Made by a program: the position numbers and the translations under genes. A DNA stretch of 64,000 nt from Chloroflexota bacterium (GTDB lineage Bacteria; Chloroflexota; Dehalococcoidia; Lucifugimonadales; UBA3495), in assembly GCA_028875055.1 (NCBI GenBank), contig JAPPGG010000072.1, positions 51,032 through 115,031 on the forward strand, written 5' to 3'. The notes under the pieces were generated by a model. It had not been told where the DNA came from and made no database searches. It saw only the letters and a list, made by a program, of their open reading frames with translations. Positions 18,072-27,236 of the stretch are shown here, piece by piece; positions within the stretch are counted from its first letter, which is position 1; the number at the start of each line of letters is the position of its first letter.

Positions 18072-19352
18072 TTACTCTCGCACCTGCCCGTCCCCGATAA
18101 TTACCCACTTGTAAGAGGTCAACTCGGCCAGGCCGAGAGGGCCCCGCGCGTGGAACTTTTGAGTGCTGATTCCCACTTCCGCGCCCAGCCCCAGCTGGCC
18201 TCCGTCGGTAAACCTGGAACTGGCGTTTACGATTACCGCCGCCGCGTCCACGTCGCGCTGAAAGCGGCTGGACGCATCCGCATCGCTGGTAATGATGGCC
18301 TCCGTGTGCCCCGAGCCGTACGTGTCAATGTGCTCCAGGGCCTCATCCAGCGAGTCCACAATCTTGATGGCTGCCGTCAGCGACAGGAACTCCTTGCCCC
18401 AGTCCTCTTCCGTGGCCGGCTGGGTGTTCAGGCCAGGTTCCGGTCCCAGGATACTCAGGGCCCGGTGGTCGCAGTGCAACTCCACGCCGGCATTCGACAG
18501 GTTGCGCGCTATGTCAGGCAGGCAGCCGGGCGCAACCTCGGAATGGACCAGAACCGTGTCAAGGGCGTTGCAGACCGTGGGTCGCTGGACCTTTGCGTTG
18601 AACACTATCCTGGCAGCCTTTTCCAGGTCAGCGGTCCGGTCAACGTAGGTATGGCAAACGCCCACGCCGCCGGCCACGACGGGCATGGCCGCGCTGGCGG
18701 CGACGAAGTTGATCAAGCCTGCCCCGCCCCTCGGTACCAGCAGGTTGATGTATTCCTTCATCTGAAGCATGGTGTCAACCAGTTCACGGTCAGGGTTATC
18801 CACGTATTGAACGACATCCGGGTTGATACCGGCTTCGCCGATGGCGCGGCGCAGCAGGCCAACCAGGGCGAGGTTGGAGTGCAGGCTTTCCCGTCCGCCC
18901 CGCAGCAGGCAGGCGTTTCCCGACTTCAAGGTCAGGGCCGCAATATCCACGGTGATATTCGGGCGGCTCTCGTAAATGCTTCCAATGACGCCCAGGGGTA
19001 CGCGCCGGCGCTCCACTTCCAGGCCGTTTGCCAGGGTCTTCCGCTCAATGACTTCTTCCACCGGGTCGGGCAGCTCCGCGATGGCCCTGACATCCCTTGC
19101 CATGCCCAGGAGACGGTCAGGAGTAAGCAGCAGGCGGTCCAGCATGGCATCGTCCATTCCGCCGGCCTTGGCCGTGTCGTAGTCCTTGCGGTTGCCCGCG
19201 AGGATCGGTTCCTGCTCCGTCTCCAGCCCGTTGGCCACGTTGAGGAGGGCCTGATTCTTCATCTCGGTGGACGTTCGGGCCAGTTGTTTTGCTGCCGCCT
19301 GGGCCGTTTTGCCCTGTGCCAGCAGCGCGTCTTTGTCTGTGGTGGTTGCCAT
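18072..19352 (-). CDS. proA: Glutamate-5-semialdehyde dehydrogenase (gamma-glutamyl phosphate reductase)
   Basis: 426 aa. ALDH-fold ProA sequence (YESRPNITVD, CNALDTVLVH, HTEAIIT). Confidence 0.95.
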   Translation of the reverse strand: MATTTDKDALLAQGKTAQAAAKQLARTSTEMKNQALLNVANGLETEQEPILAGNRKDYDTAKAGGMDDAMLDRLLLTPDRLLGMARDVRAIAELPDPVEEVIERKTLANGLEVERRRVPLGVIGSIYESRPNITVDIAALTLKSGNACLLRGGRESLHSNLALVGLLRRAIGEAGINPDVVQYVDNPDRELVDTMLQMKEYINLLVPRGGAGLINFVAASAAMPVVAGGVGVCHTYVDRTADLEKAARIVFNAKVQRPTVCNALDTVLVHSEVAPGCLPDIARNLSNAGVELHCDHRALSILGPEPGLNTQPATEEDWGKEFLSLTAAIKIVDSLDEALEHIDTYGSGHTEAIITSDADASSRFQRDVDAAAVIVNASSRFTDGGQLGLGAEVGISTQKFHARGPLGLAELTSYKWVIIGDGQVRE

Positions 19353-19402
19353 GTGCCCTCCTGGGGTTCTGTCAAGAGCGTTCAGCGGACCGGCCGCCGG
19401 GG

Positions 19403-20596
19403 TCAGATGAGAACCAGGTTGTTCCGGTGCACCACTTCCTGCCCGTAATGGTACCCAAGAATGGAGGTAATTCCATCCGACCGGAATCCACGAATCCGGG
19501 AAATATCCTCGGCGTCGTAGTTGGCTATGCCGCAGGCGATGTGCCTGCCCGGTTCATCAACTATATAGACAATGTCGCCCCGGTGAAAGTCTCCCCGAAC
19601 TCCCCTTACACCGGCGGGCAGCAGGCTTACGTGACGATTCAGCAGGGCATCCGCCGCCCCGCCGTCAACTTCGATCTCACCCCACTGCGAGTCCTTGACC
19701 CGGCTCAGCATCCAGCGTTTCCGGGCCTCCAATTTCCCCCCAGCCGGCTGGAAAAATGTGCCGATTCCTTCCCCTTTGGCCGCCCGTATAAGGGCGTCCT
19801 CTTCCCGCCCGCTGCAGAGCACCATGGCAATGCCGGCGGAGGTAACCAGCCTGGCTGCGTCAATCTTGGTCGGCATTCCTCCCCGCGCCCAGGGGTTCTG
19901 ATGCTCTCCTACCATGGCCTGAATACGGTCGTCCACCACATCCACTATGGACACCAACTTCGCGTCCGGGTTGCGCCGGGGATCGGAGGTATAAAGCCCG
20001 TCGATGTCGCTCAAAATCACCAGGAGATCGGCGTCCACCAGGTTTGCTACCAGGGCAGAGAGGCGGTCATTGTCGCCGAATACCTCCCCTATTTCGTCCA
20101 CGGCCACCACGTCATTTTCGTTTAGTATGGGGACAACGCCGATATCGAGCAGGGCGGTCAGGGTGTTTCGAACGTTGAGGTAGGGCTGCCGCTCCGCCAG
20201 GTCATCGATGGTAAGCAGGGCCTGGGCTACGTGCACTCCGTGGGCGCCGAACATTTGCTGGTAGGCATGGATGAGCCGACCCTGGCCTATGGCTGCCAGG
20301 GCCTGTCTCAGGGGAATGTCCCGGTCTGCCAGCTGAAGGCCGGCCTGCGTCAACTCGTCGCGGCCGGCCGCAATTGCTCCCGAAGTGACAAACAGGACCT
20401 CCACACCTTCGTGCTGGCGCAGCTGGCAGATCTGGCGGACCAGGTCCTCCATCACCGGCAGGTTCAACCCGCCGTTGCCCTGGATGTCGGTGAGCACTCC
20501 GGTGCCCACTTTCACCACTATCCGCCGATAAGACAGGCCTTCCGCGCCATTCACGTCGGGGGCTTGCGCGTCTTGAAATTTGTGGGGATTGTTCAT
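19403..20596 (-). CDS. proB: Glutamate 5-kinase with C-terminal PUA domain
   Basis: RIVVKVGTGVLT, the amino-acid kinase fold, and a PUA-like C-terminus. Lies upstream of proA in the same orientation. Confidence 0.95.
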   Translation of the reverse strand: MNNPHKFQDAQAPDVNGAEGLSYRRIVVKVGTGVLTDIQGNGGLNLPVMEDLVRQICQLRQHEGVEVLFVTSGAIAAGRDELTQAGLQLADRDIPLRQALAAIGQGRLIHAYQQMFGAHGVHVAQALLTIDDLAERQPYLNVRNTLTALLDIGVVPILNENDVVAVDEIGEVFGDNDRLSALVANLVDADLLVILSDIDGLYTSDPRRNPDAKLVSIVDVVDDRIQAMVGEHQNPWARGGMPTKIDAARLVTSAGIAMVLCSGREEDALIRAAKGEGIGTFFQPAGGKLEARKRWMLSRVKDSQWGEIEVDGGAADALLNRHVSLLPAGVRGVRGDFHRGDIVYIVDEPGRHIACGIANYDAEDISRIRGFRSDGITSILGYHYGQEVVHRNNLVLI

Positions 20597-20927
20597 TTTG
20601 GTGGGAACGACAGCGGCGAATTTGTAACCGCCCTGGCGTCTGCAGAGTCCTGTTTGAATGGGATTTGGAACCGCCCAATTATAGCATGGTCACATAGGAG
20701 CCCTGCTTTGACATCGGATGCCGCAAGGTGATTCCCGCCTGGAACTTGTCGACGGCGATGGGGCCAAAGCCATTCCCTCTTTCCACTCTCTGCCCTTGTT
20801 TATGCGTTCCCCGCGTCATAAAATTGTAGCCTGTTCGGGGCTGACGCAGGCCGTTAGCCCTTTTGTCTGTTGCAATTCAGTTGTTCGGAACAACCCGTAG
20901 AACTGGTTCCGATGGGAGTCTCTCCAA

Positions 20928-23900
20928 ATGTCCCTGGCTGGTCTGTTGCCCCTCTTCGATGACGAATTCGCCGGCTGGACCGAAGGCGCCGGAGTCTCTG
21001 CCGGCGACGACGCCAACGCGTACGCCGCATGGCGAGGCGTTCGCCCCTTGTACCTGGCATCCCTCTGGCGGAAGGCCCAGGCGCCGGTACTGGTTCTCAC
21101 TCCGCGGCCGGACGACTCCCGTCGCCTCTTCGATCAGTTGCTGACCTACCTGGGTGAGTCCGCGCCCGTCCACCTGCTGCCGGAACCCGAAGTGCTTCCC
21201 TTTGAGCGCCTGGCTGTCGACGCCCGCACGGTGAACCAGAGGCTGGTAAGCCTGTCCGCGCTGACCTCCTGGCGTAATAGCGATTCTGGCGCCCCTATTG
21301 TATTGGCCTCGGTGGCGGCTGCTCTGCGCTACACCTTATCTCCGGCGGCCTTTGAGGGTCCGGAAGGGACTGCCGATTCTCAAGCGACTGTAAGGCTGGG
21401 CCAAAGAGTTCCCAGCACGGAGCGCCTTCTGAACACCTGGGTAAATCTCGGGTACCGGCACGAACCGGTGGTTGAACACCCCGGCTCCTTCAGCCTGCGC
21501 GGCGGCATTATCGACGTATTCCCGCCCCAGGCGGAGTACCCCTTCCGGCTGGAACTGTGGGACGACGAGGTGGACACCATCCGGCTGTTCGATCCCTACA
21601 GCCAGCGGTCCATTCCCCCTGCGGAGAACGCCGGCCCCATCCAGTCCGTCAACGTTATTCCCGCCAGGGAGCAGCTGCCTGAACTGGCTGACCGGGCGGC
21701 CATCGAAGAGCGCGTGGCAGGGATGGACTTTTCCCGCTGCTCGGCTTACACCAGGGAGCGCTTTGAAGAAGAGCTGGTCGAGTTGTTTGCCACCCCCAAC
21801 ATAGAGACCCTGTCCTTCTATAACGGGCTGCTGAATCGCTATAACCTGCTGGACTACCTTCAGCCGGAGTGTGTCCTGGTCCTGGACCGTCAAAGCCAGA
21901 TTGAGACGGAAGCCAACGACCTGGAGGAAAAATTCTTCCGTATGCGCGAGAGCCGGGAGTCCAGGGGGGACCTCCCGCGAAACTTTCCGTCGCCTTATCT
22001 CTCCTGGGATCAACTGGCGGGCCGCCTCCGGGAACACCCCCGAAAGGCGCGGCTGGAAAGCTGGCTTGCCGAGGTTACCGATCCGACCTTCCGGCTCCCC
22101 AAGTCCTATTTCGGGCAACTGGGCCAGTTCATAGACGACCTGCAGGACCAGAGGTCTGCCGGCCGCGCCGTAGTGGCCGTCAGCCAGCACACGATGCGCC
22201 TTTCGGAGGTCCTGGCAGAGGTGGGCATTCCCTCGACCGTAACCGACAGCCTGGCGTCTCCCCCGCTCTCCGGCCAGGTATCCCTGGTACCCGGCTACCT
22301 CAGTGAAGGGTGGGAGACCGGCGGGAATCAGAGTCATCCTCCCGTCAGCCTGTACACAGATGCCGAGCTGTTCGGGACCTCCAAGGAGCGGCGTTATCGT
22401 CCTCAACGGCAGCGAGAGCAGTTGGGCGACGAAATCGTCCTGTCCGACCTCATTCCCGGCAGCTATGTCGTTCACGTGGACCACGGCGTTGCCCGCTTTG
22501 CCGGAACCACCCAGATGGATGACAACGGCGAGGAGAAGGAATTCCTGGTCCTGGAGTACGCGGAGAATGACCGGCTCTACGTTCCCACCGACCACCTTGA
22601 CCGCGTGGGGGCCTACATCGGGGCCCAGGACCAGCCTCCGACGCTGACCCGGCTGGGCACCGCCGAATGGGCCCGAATCAAGGAACGGGTAAAGGGTTCC
22701 GCCCGGGAAATGGCGGAGGAACTCCTGAAGTTGTACGCCTCCCGCAAGGCTGCCGAGGGTCATGAATTCAGCCAGGACTCCGTGTGGCAGCGGGAATTGG
22801 AAGACTCCTTCCCTTACGTGGAAACCCCGGATCAAATCCAGGCCATTGAGGAAGTAAAGGCCGACATGGAGCAGACCAAGCCCATGGACCGCCTCATTTG
22901 CGGAGACGTGGGCTACGGCAAGACGGAGGTGGCCCTTCGCGCCGCCTTCAAAACCGTATCCGATGGAATGCAGGTGGGTCTGCTGGTGCCAACCACGGTC
23001 CTGGCCCAGCAGCATTACGCCACCTTCAGCGAACGTCTCAGCCCATACCCGCTCCAGGTGGAGGTGCTCAGCCGCTTCCGCACCCCCAGGGAACAGCAGG
23101 AGGTCCTGGAAGGCCTCGAGCATGGAACGGTGGACATCGTCATTGGCACCCACCGCCTGTTGCAAAAGGACGTCAAGTTCAAGAACCTGGGGCTGGTTGT
23201 CGTGGACGAAGAGCAGCGCTTCGGTGTCGGCCACAAGGAAACCCTTAAACGCCTGCGAAACCAGATGGACGTGCTGACCCTCAGCGCCACTCCCATTCCC
23301 CGCACCCTGCACATGGCCCTCACCGGCATCCGGGATATGAGCGTGATGAACACCCCCCCGGAGGCCCGGCTGCCCGTTAAGACCTTCGTTTCCGAGTACA
23401 ACGAGGAGACCATCAGGGAGGCCATCCTGCGCGAGATTGAGCGGGGAGGACAGGTGTTTTTCCTGCACAACCGGGTGCGCACCATCCAGCAGACCGCAGT
23501 GGACCTGGCCCAGCTGGTACCCGAAGCCAGGTTCATGATTGGCCACGGGCAAATGCCGGAAACCGAGCTTGAAGAGGTAATGGAGGCCTTCGCCGACGGG
23601 GAAGCCGACGTGCTGGTCTGCACCACCATCATCGAGTCCGGCCTGGATATGCCCAATGTCAACACGCTCATCCTCGACCGTTCCGATCGCTTCGGGCTGT
23701 CCCAGCTCTACCAGCTGCGAGGCCGCGTGGGTCGGGGTGAGCACCGGGCCTACGCCTACCTGCTGTTGCCCCGAGGGCAGCGCATAACCGAGGCCGCGGA
23801 GCAGCGAGTCCAGGTAATTCTGGAGGCTTCGGAGTTGGGTTCAGGATTCCGCATCGCCATGCGCGATCTGGAAATTCGCGGGGCCGGCAACCTCCTTGGC

Positions 23901-24485
23901 GCGGCCCAGAGCGGCCAGATTCATGCCGTTGGCCTGGAACTCTACGGCCAGCTGCTGGAGGAGGCCGTGTCGGAGCTGATGTCCGGCGCCGACGGTGAAA
24001 GCGTTGAGGAATCACCCGCCGGTCCCGTCGAGTTGCCCCGCATTGAGCTGCCCATGGCCGCCAGCATCCCCGAGAGTTACATTCCCCACACGCCCACCAG
24101 GCTGGCTCTATATCAACGCCTGGCCCGGGCCAGGGATCGTCAGGAAGTTCCCGGATTTCGAGAAGAGATGCGCGACAGATTTGGTCCCGTTCCCCCTGCC
24201 GTGGAAAACCTGCTGGGCCTGGTGGAGCTGCGCATCCTCGCTATGGCGGCGGGGGTGGAGTCGGTGTTGCAGTCAAGTGGGGGAATCACCCTTGGCCTCA
24301 CCCAGGATGTAGGCAGCGCGCGGGTGCCCTTGCAGCGGGCCCTGGGTTCGTCGGCCAGCGTTGGCAACCGCCAGATCAGGCTGTCCAATCGTATTCTGGG
24401 CGATCAGTGGCTCAGGCGACTTACCCAGACTCTTGAACGGCTGATGGTCTTCCGTGACCGGCTTAGCGCGCTGGTCCCCCAGTAG
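20928..24485 (+). CDS. mfd: Transcription-repair coupling factor Mfd
   Basis: 1185 aa. UvrB-homology N-terminus, CarD/TRCF RNAP-interaction region, and a superfamily-2 translocase (GDVGYGKTEVA, DEEQRFG, QLRGRVGR). Confidence 0.97.
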   Translation: MSLAGLLPLFDDEFAGWTEGAGVSAGDDANAYAAWRGVRPLYLASLWRKAQAPVLVLTPRPDDSRRLFDQLLTYLGESAPVHLLPEPEVLPFERLAVDARTVNQRLVSLSALTSWRNSDSGAPIVLASVAAALRYTLSPAAFEGPEGTADSQATVRLGQRVPSTERLLNTWVNLGYRHEPVVEHPGSFSLRGGIIDVFPPQAEYPFRLELWDDEVDTIRLFDPYSQRSIPPAENAGPIQSVNVIPAREQLPELADRAAIEERVAGMDFSRCSAYTRERFEEELVELFATPNIETLSFYNGLLNRYNLLDYLQPECVLVLDRQSQIETEANDLEEKFFRMRESRESRGDLPRNFPSPYLSWDQLAGRLREHPRKARLESWLAEVTDPTFRLPKSYFGQLGQFIDDLQDQRSAGRAVVAVSQHTMRLSEVLAEVGIPSTVTDSLASPPLSGQVSLVPGYLSEGWETGGNQSHPPVSLYTDAELFGTSKERRYRPQRQREQLGDEIVLSDLIPGSYVVHVDHGVARFAGTTQMDDNGEEKEFLVLEYAENDRLYVPTDHLDRVGAYIGAQDQPPTLTRLGTAEWARIKERVKGSAREMAEELLKLYASRKAAEGHEFSQDSVWQRELEDSFPYVETPDQIQAIEEVKADMEQTKPMDRLICGDVGYGKTEVALRAAFKTVSDGMQVGLLVPTTVLAQQHYATFSERLSPYPLQVEVLSRFRTPREQQEVLEGLEHGTVDIVIGTHRLLQKDVKFKNLGLVVVDEEQRFGVGHKETLKRLRNQMDVLTLSATPIPRTLHMALTGIRDMSVMNTPPEARLPVKTFVSEYNEETIREAILREIERGGQVFFLHNRVRTIQQTAVDLAQLVPEARFMIGHGQMPETELEEVMEAFADGEADVLVCTTIIESGLDMPNVNTLILDRSDRFGLSQLYQLRGRVGRGEHRAYAYLLLPRGQRITEAAEQRVQVILEASELGSGFRIAMRDLEIRGAGNLLGAAQSGQIHAVGLELYGQLLEEAVSELMSGADGESVEESPAGPVELPRIELPMAASIPESYIPHTPTRLALYQRLARARDRQEVPGFREEMRDRFGPVPPAVENLLGLVELRILAMAAGVESVLQSSGGITLGLTQDVGSARVPLQRALGSSASVGNRQIRLSNRILGDQWLRRLTQTLERLMVFRDRLSALVPQ

Positions 24486-24588
24486 TCGGTCGGTCAAGTG
24501 CGAGGCAGCTTGCGCACGTGCCCTTCCAGAACCGCCGGCCACGCCGCAGCGTAATATTTATCAGACAGAAACTCACAGGGGATTTCCA

Positions 24589-25233
24589 ATGGCCCGTACC
24601 AACCGGCAATACCGCCGGCCAATGCTTTCGCTCCGGAATGCCATCGCTATCTCGCCCGGGACACTCCAATTGCAACGGGTTGTAATACTCATTGCGCTGG
24701 CCGGTCTTTTGCTCCTGGTCGGCGGGGCAGCCTGTTCCAGGCCCGTTTCCGACCTGGAACCGGGCCCTTCCGGAGAAACATCGGAAAAGGTGGCCGACTT
24801 CGAAATCAGCCTCTACCAGGGTGAGGATGCCCTGGGAACTGATGCCCTGTCCCTGTCGGACCTGGAGGGGCGGCCGGTAGTTTTGAATTATTGGGCCGGC
24901 CTGTGCCCACCGTGCCGTGCCGAAATGCCTGAGTTCCAGGAATTTGGAGACGAATACGAGGGCAGGGTAGTCTTGGTCGGCGTGGATATGGGCCAGTTTC
25001 TTGGCCTGGGTTCCAAAGAAGACGCTCTAAAGCTGCTGGCCGAATTGGGCGTATCCTACCCGGCCGGTTTTACTGATGATGGCGGGGTGGTGGAGGCCCA
25101 AAGGGTGTTGGGCCTCCCTACCACGGTGTTCATCAATGCTGACGGTACGCTGCACCGCAAGTGGGACGGGGTGCTGAACAAGGCCAAGCTGTCCGAGCTG
25201 GCCGACGAAATGCTCGCCGGAGCGGGAGGTTAA
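24589..25233 (+). CDS. TlpA/ResA-like membrane-anchored thiol:disulfide oxidoreductase
   Basis: Thioredoxin motif WAGLCPPCRAEMPEF and an N-terminal hydrophobic anchor. The start ATG at 24589 is preceded by AGGGGA. The track start at 24454 overlaps the mfd 3' end. Confidence 0.8.
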   Translation: MARTNRQYRRPMLSLRNAIAISPGTLQLQRVVILIALAGLLLLVGGAACSRPVSDLEPGPSGETSEKVADFEISLYQGEDALGTDALSLSDLEGRPVVLNYWAGLCPPCRAEMPEFQEFGDEYEGRVVLVGVDMGQFLGLGSKEDALKLLAELGVSYPAGFTDDGGVVEAQRVLGLPTTVFINADGTLHRKWDGVLNKAKLSELADEMLAGAGG

Positions 25234-25272
25234 GGTACTTTCCGGTAGCTTGGCCAACGGTTGCCGGCTTGC

Positions 25273-25393
25273 GGGGGCAATCGTGTTATAGATTTGGGAA
25301 AGAGGCGGTACAAATTCGGCAGGGAGAAGCCATGTCTCCCTGAGCCAGGCCGAAGGGTTCAGAGTGACAGGCAGTTAACGCGCGATTGCCCTG
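25273..25393 (+). repeat. Family-A intergenic element, short (about 120 bp) version
   Basis: Ends GGGGGCAATCG / CGATTGCCCTG are mutually complementary. Internal hairpin CAGGGAGA-N7-TCTCCCTG and a CCCTGAGC...CGAAGGG unit. Collinear with the 5' and 3' parts of the 196-bp copies at 46022 and 48979. Confidence 0.6.
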
Positions 25394-25528
25394 CCGGCAT
25401 GCGGAATCTTCGCACTGTATCTGACCCGATTGTTGTATAATGGGTTTCGCCTTTTCTTCGGCAACCATTTCAAGGGGAAACGGCGCCAGTCCTTACTGGG
25501 ACTGCTCCCGGGCCCGGGATTCAATAAT

Positions 25529-25604
<76 letters not shown>

Positions 25605-25821
25605 CCAGTTACCAGCAGTCCCCTTTTCGCCCTTACTCACTTGGCAGGACCTCCGCGCCGGCAATCCGGCGTGGCAATGGCTTTTGCCCTGGTCCGCCCG
25701 CCGGTGCGGGCAGGATTGAATCTGCGGCCTGCGCCAATGCGGGATTACTTCGAGCCTGCAGTCTCCTTCAGAAGCCCTTCAGGCCGCGCCATATTTTCCT
25801 CTCTACCCTCCGGGAGCCGGC

Positions 25822-27207
25822 ATGAGTGACTTGCCCCATATCCTCAGGCTTTCCGACTCTTTCTCCCAGCGTTCGGTTGCCCTGCGGCTCTCTGCAGAGG
25901 ACGCGTCCCTGCCGCTCAGCCATCTGATTGTCCGGTACCTGAAATGTCCTGACGGGCCCGACCTGCTGGCCAGGGAAGCAATTGCCCAGGAATCCCTCGT
26001 CACTCTTCAGTCGCTGCAGGACCTGGTTTACGCTTGCGATGACCTGGGTAGATTAACTGAGCCCTACTCGGGAGTCTCTTTCCGGCAGGATGACGCCCGA
26101 ATCGAAGTGAGTGAAATCCCGGGGTATTCCGAGATAGTAGTTGACGGGTCCAGCGCCAAGCTGACTGAGATTGTAATTGACCGCACCGATGCCGGTTACG
26201 ACAGGAACTGGGCCGGGTTTCATAGCCGTCGGTGGAACAATGCTCCCGGATTCTTTGAAGAGTTCGTGCTTGATTCGCTGGAGGAGGTCTTTGGTCCCCG
26301 GGAGGCTGGGCAGATTCTTCAACTCGAGAGCCAGGCGAGCATATTGGCCCTGGTGGAGACGCTTGCCAGGAAAATATGGGACAGCGAATTCGAAAATTAC
26401 TCCCGCTTTACCGGCCGGAAGCTGCTGTTCAAGACCGGCGACGAGACCGTCAGTAACATAGCTGCCGGCGCCGGCGGCATCTGCACCGAGAAAGTCCAGG
26501 CCCTCAGATTCCTCACCGACCACTACGGAATCCAGTCCGAGTACGTGATTGGCGGCGACGGCGCCCGTGACCCGGTCCCCGTCGAAAGGCTGAGGGAGAT
26601 GCTTCGGACCGGCGATTTCAGGTTTGCCCGGCGTCATATGCGCTACTGGCGGCACGCGGCCCTGCTTTACCAGATCGACGGGCTGCCCCTTCTCGTGGAC
26701 GCCACCAACGGCAACATCCCGTTCCTTTTCCTTAAGGGACCCGAGGCGGAGAGGCTCCTGGGGTATGAGCGCAAGCCATCCGTCCCCGTCAGGATGGTGG
26801 AAGCTGAGGAACAGTACTTCTACCACCGAGTCCCCCAGGACATTCCGCAGAACCTTTTCTTCGCCATGGAAAGCTGGATAACCGATACCGATATGGTCCA
26901 GGTTTTCGAGAATGAACTGGGCCTGTTTCTTTCCAGCGACTACTACGTCACTCCCCTACCCTATCGGACCCAGGCCGAATACCAGCGGCTGGCCGACGAA
27001 TACCAGGTCATCGCCGCCAGGGCAGGTTACCGGTGCCAGGCAAGCCCGCGGTGGACCCTGGACGGCGAGCCAGGTGAGGCCTTCTGCAAGTCCCACCCGG
27101 AAACTGCATCCCGGATATTGGACGCCAGGGAACATTTGCTGCTCAGGTATAATGGTTGGGACATTCCCGGTCACGACGCCGGCCTGGTTGTCATGGAAAT
27201 GGCCTGA
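25822..27207 (+). CDS. Hypothetical protein (461 aa) with possible transglutaminase-/papain-like Cys-His-Asp arrangement; first gene of the SecA-paralogue operon
   Basis: GGGAG RBS 6 nt upstream. GGICTEKVQALRFL (Cys221), RHAALLYQIDG (His278) and LLVDATNG (Asp293) have spacings of 57 and 15 aa, as in transglutaminase-core proteins. I recognise no other family. Confidence 0.7.
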   Translation: MSDLPHILRLSDSFSQRSVALRLSAEDASLPLSHLIVRYLKCPDGPDLLAREAIAQESLVTLQSLQDLVYACDDLGRLTEPYSGVSFRQDDARIEVSEIPGYSEIVVDGSSAKLTEIVIDRTDAGYDRNWAGFHSRRWNNAPGFFEEFVLDSLEEVFGPREAGQILQLESQASILALVETLARKIWDSEFENYSRFTGRKLLFKTGDETVSNIAAGAGGICTEKVQALRFLTDHYGIQSEYVIGGDGARDPVPVERLREMLRTGDFRFARRHMRYWRHAALLYQIDGLPLLVDATNGNIPFLFLKGPEAERLLGYERKPSVPVRMVEAEEQYFYHRVPQDIPQNLFFAMESWITDTDMVQVFENELGLFLSSDYYVTPLPYRTQAEYQRLADEYQVIAARAGYRCQASPRWTLDGEPGEAFCKSHPETASRILDAREHLLLRYNGWDIPGHDAGLVVMEMA

Positions 27208-27236
27208 ATCGACACCGGCGTCGCTGATTTCAGCCC

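Noticed and set aside
21336-23744. Very long antisense or overlapping ORFs in the track, e.g. 21336-23744(-) 802 aa inside mfd. Others are 57113-59416(-) 767 aa, 40114-41850(-) 578 aa, 9734-11026(+) 430 aa, 17925-19448(+) 507 aa, 47262-48437(-), 53212-54576(+), 54749-55786(-), 46285-47277(-) and 15979-16923(-).
   Set aside because: Each lies opposite a gene with unmistakable family motifs. Their translations are G/R/P/A/H-rich and low-complexity, with no recognisable motifs. Long stop-free antisense frames are expected in GC-rich DNA.
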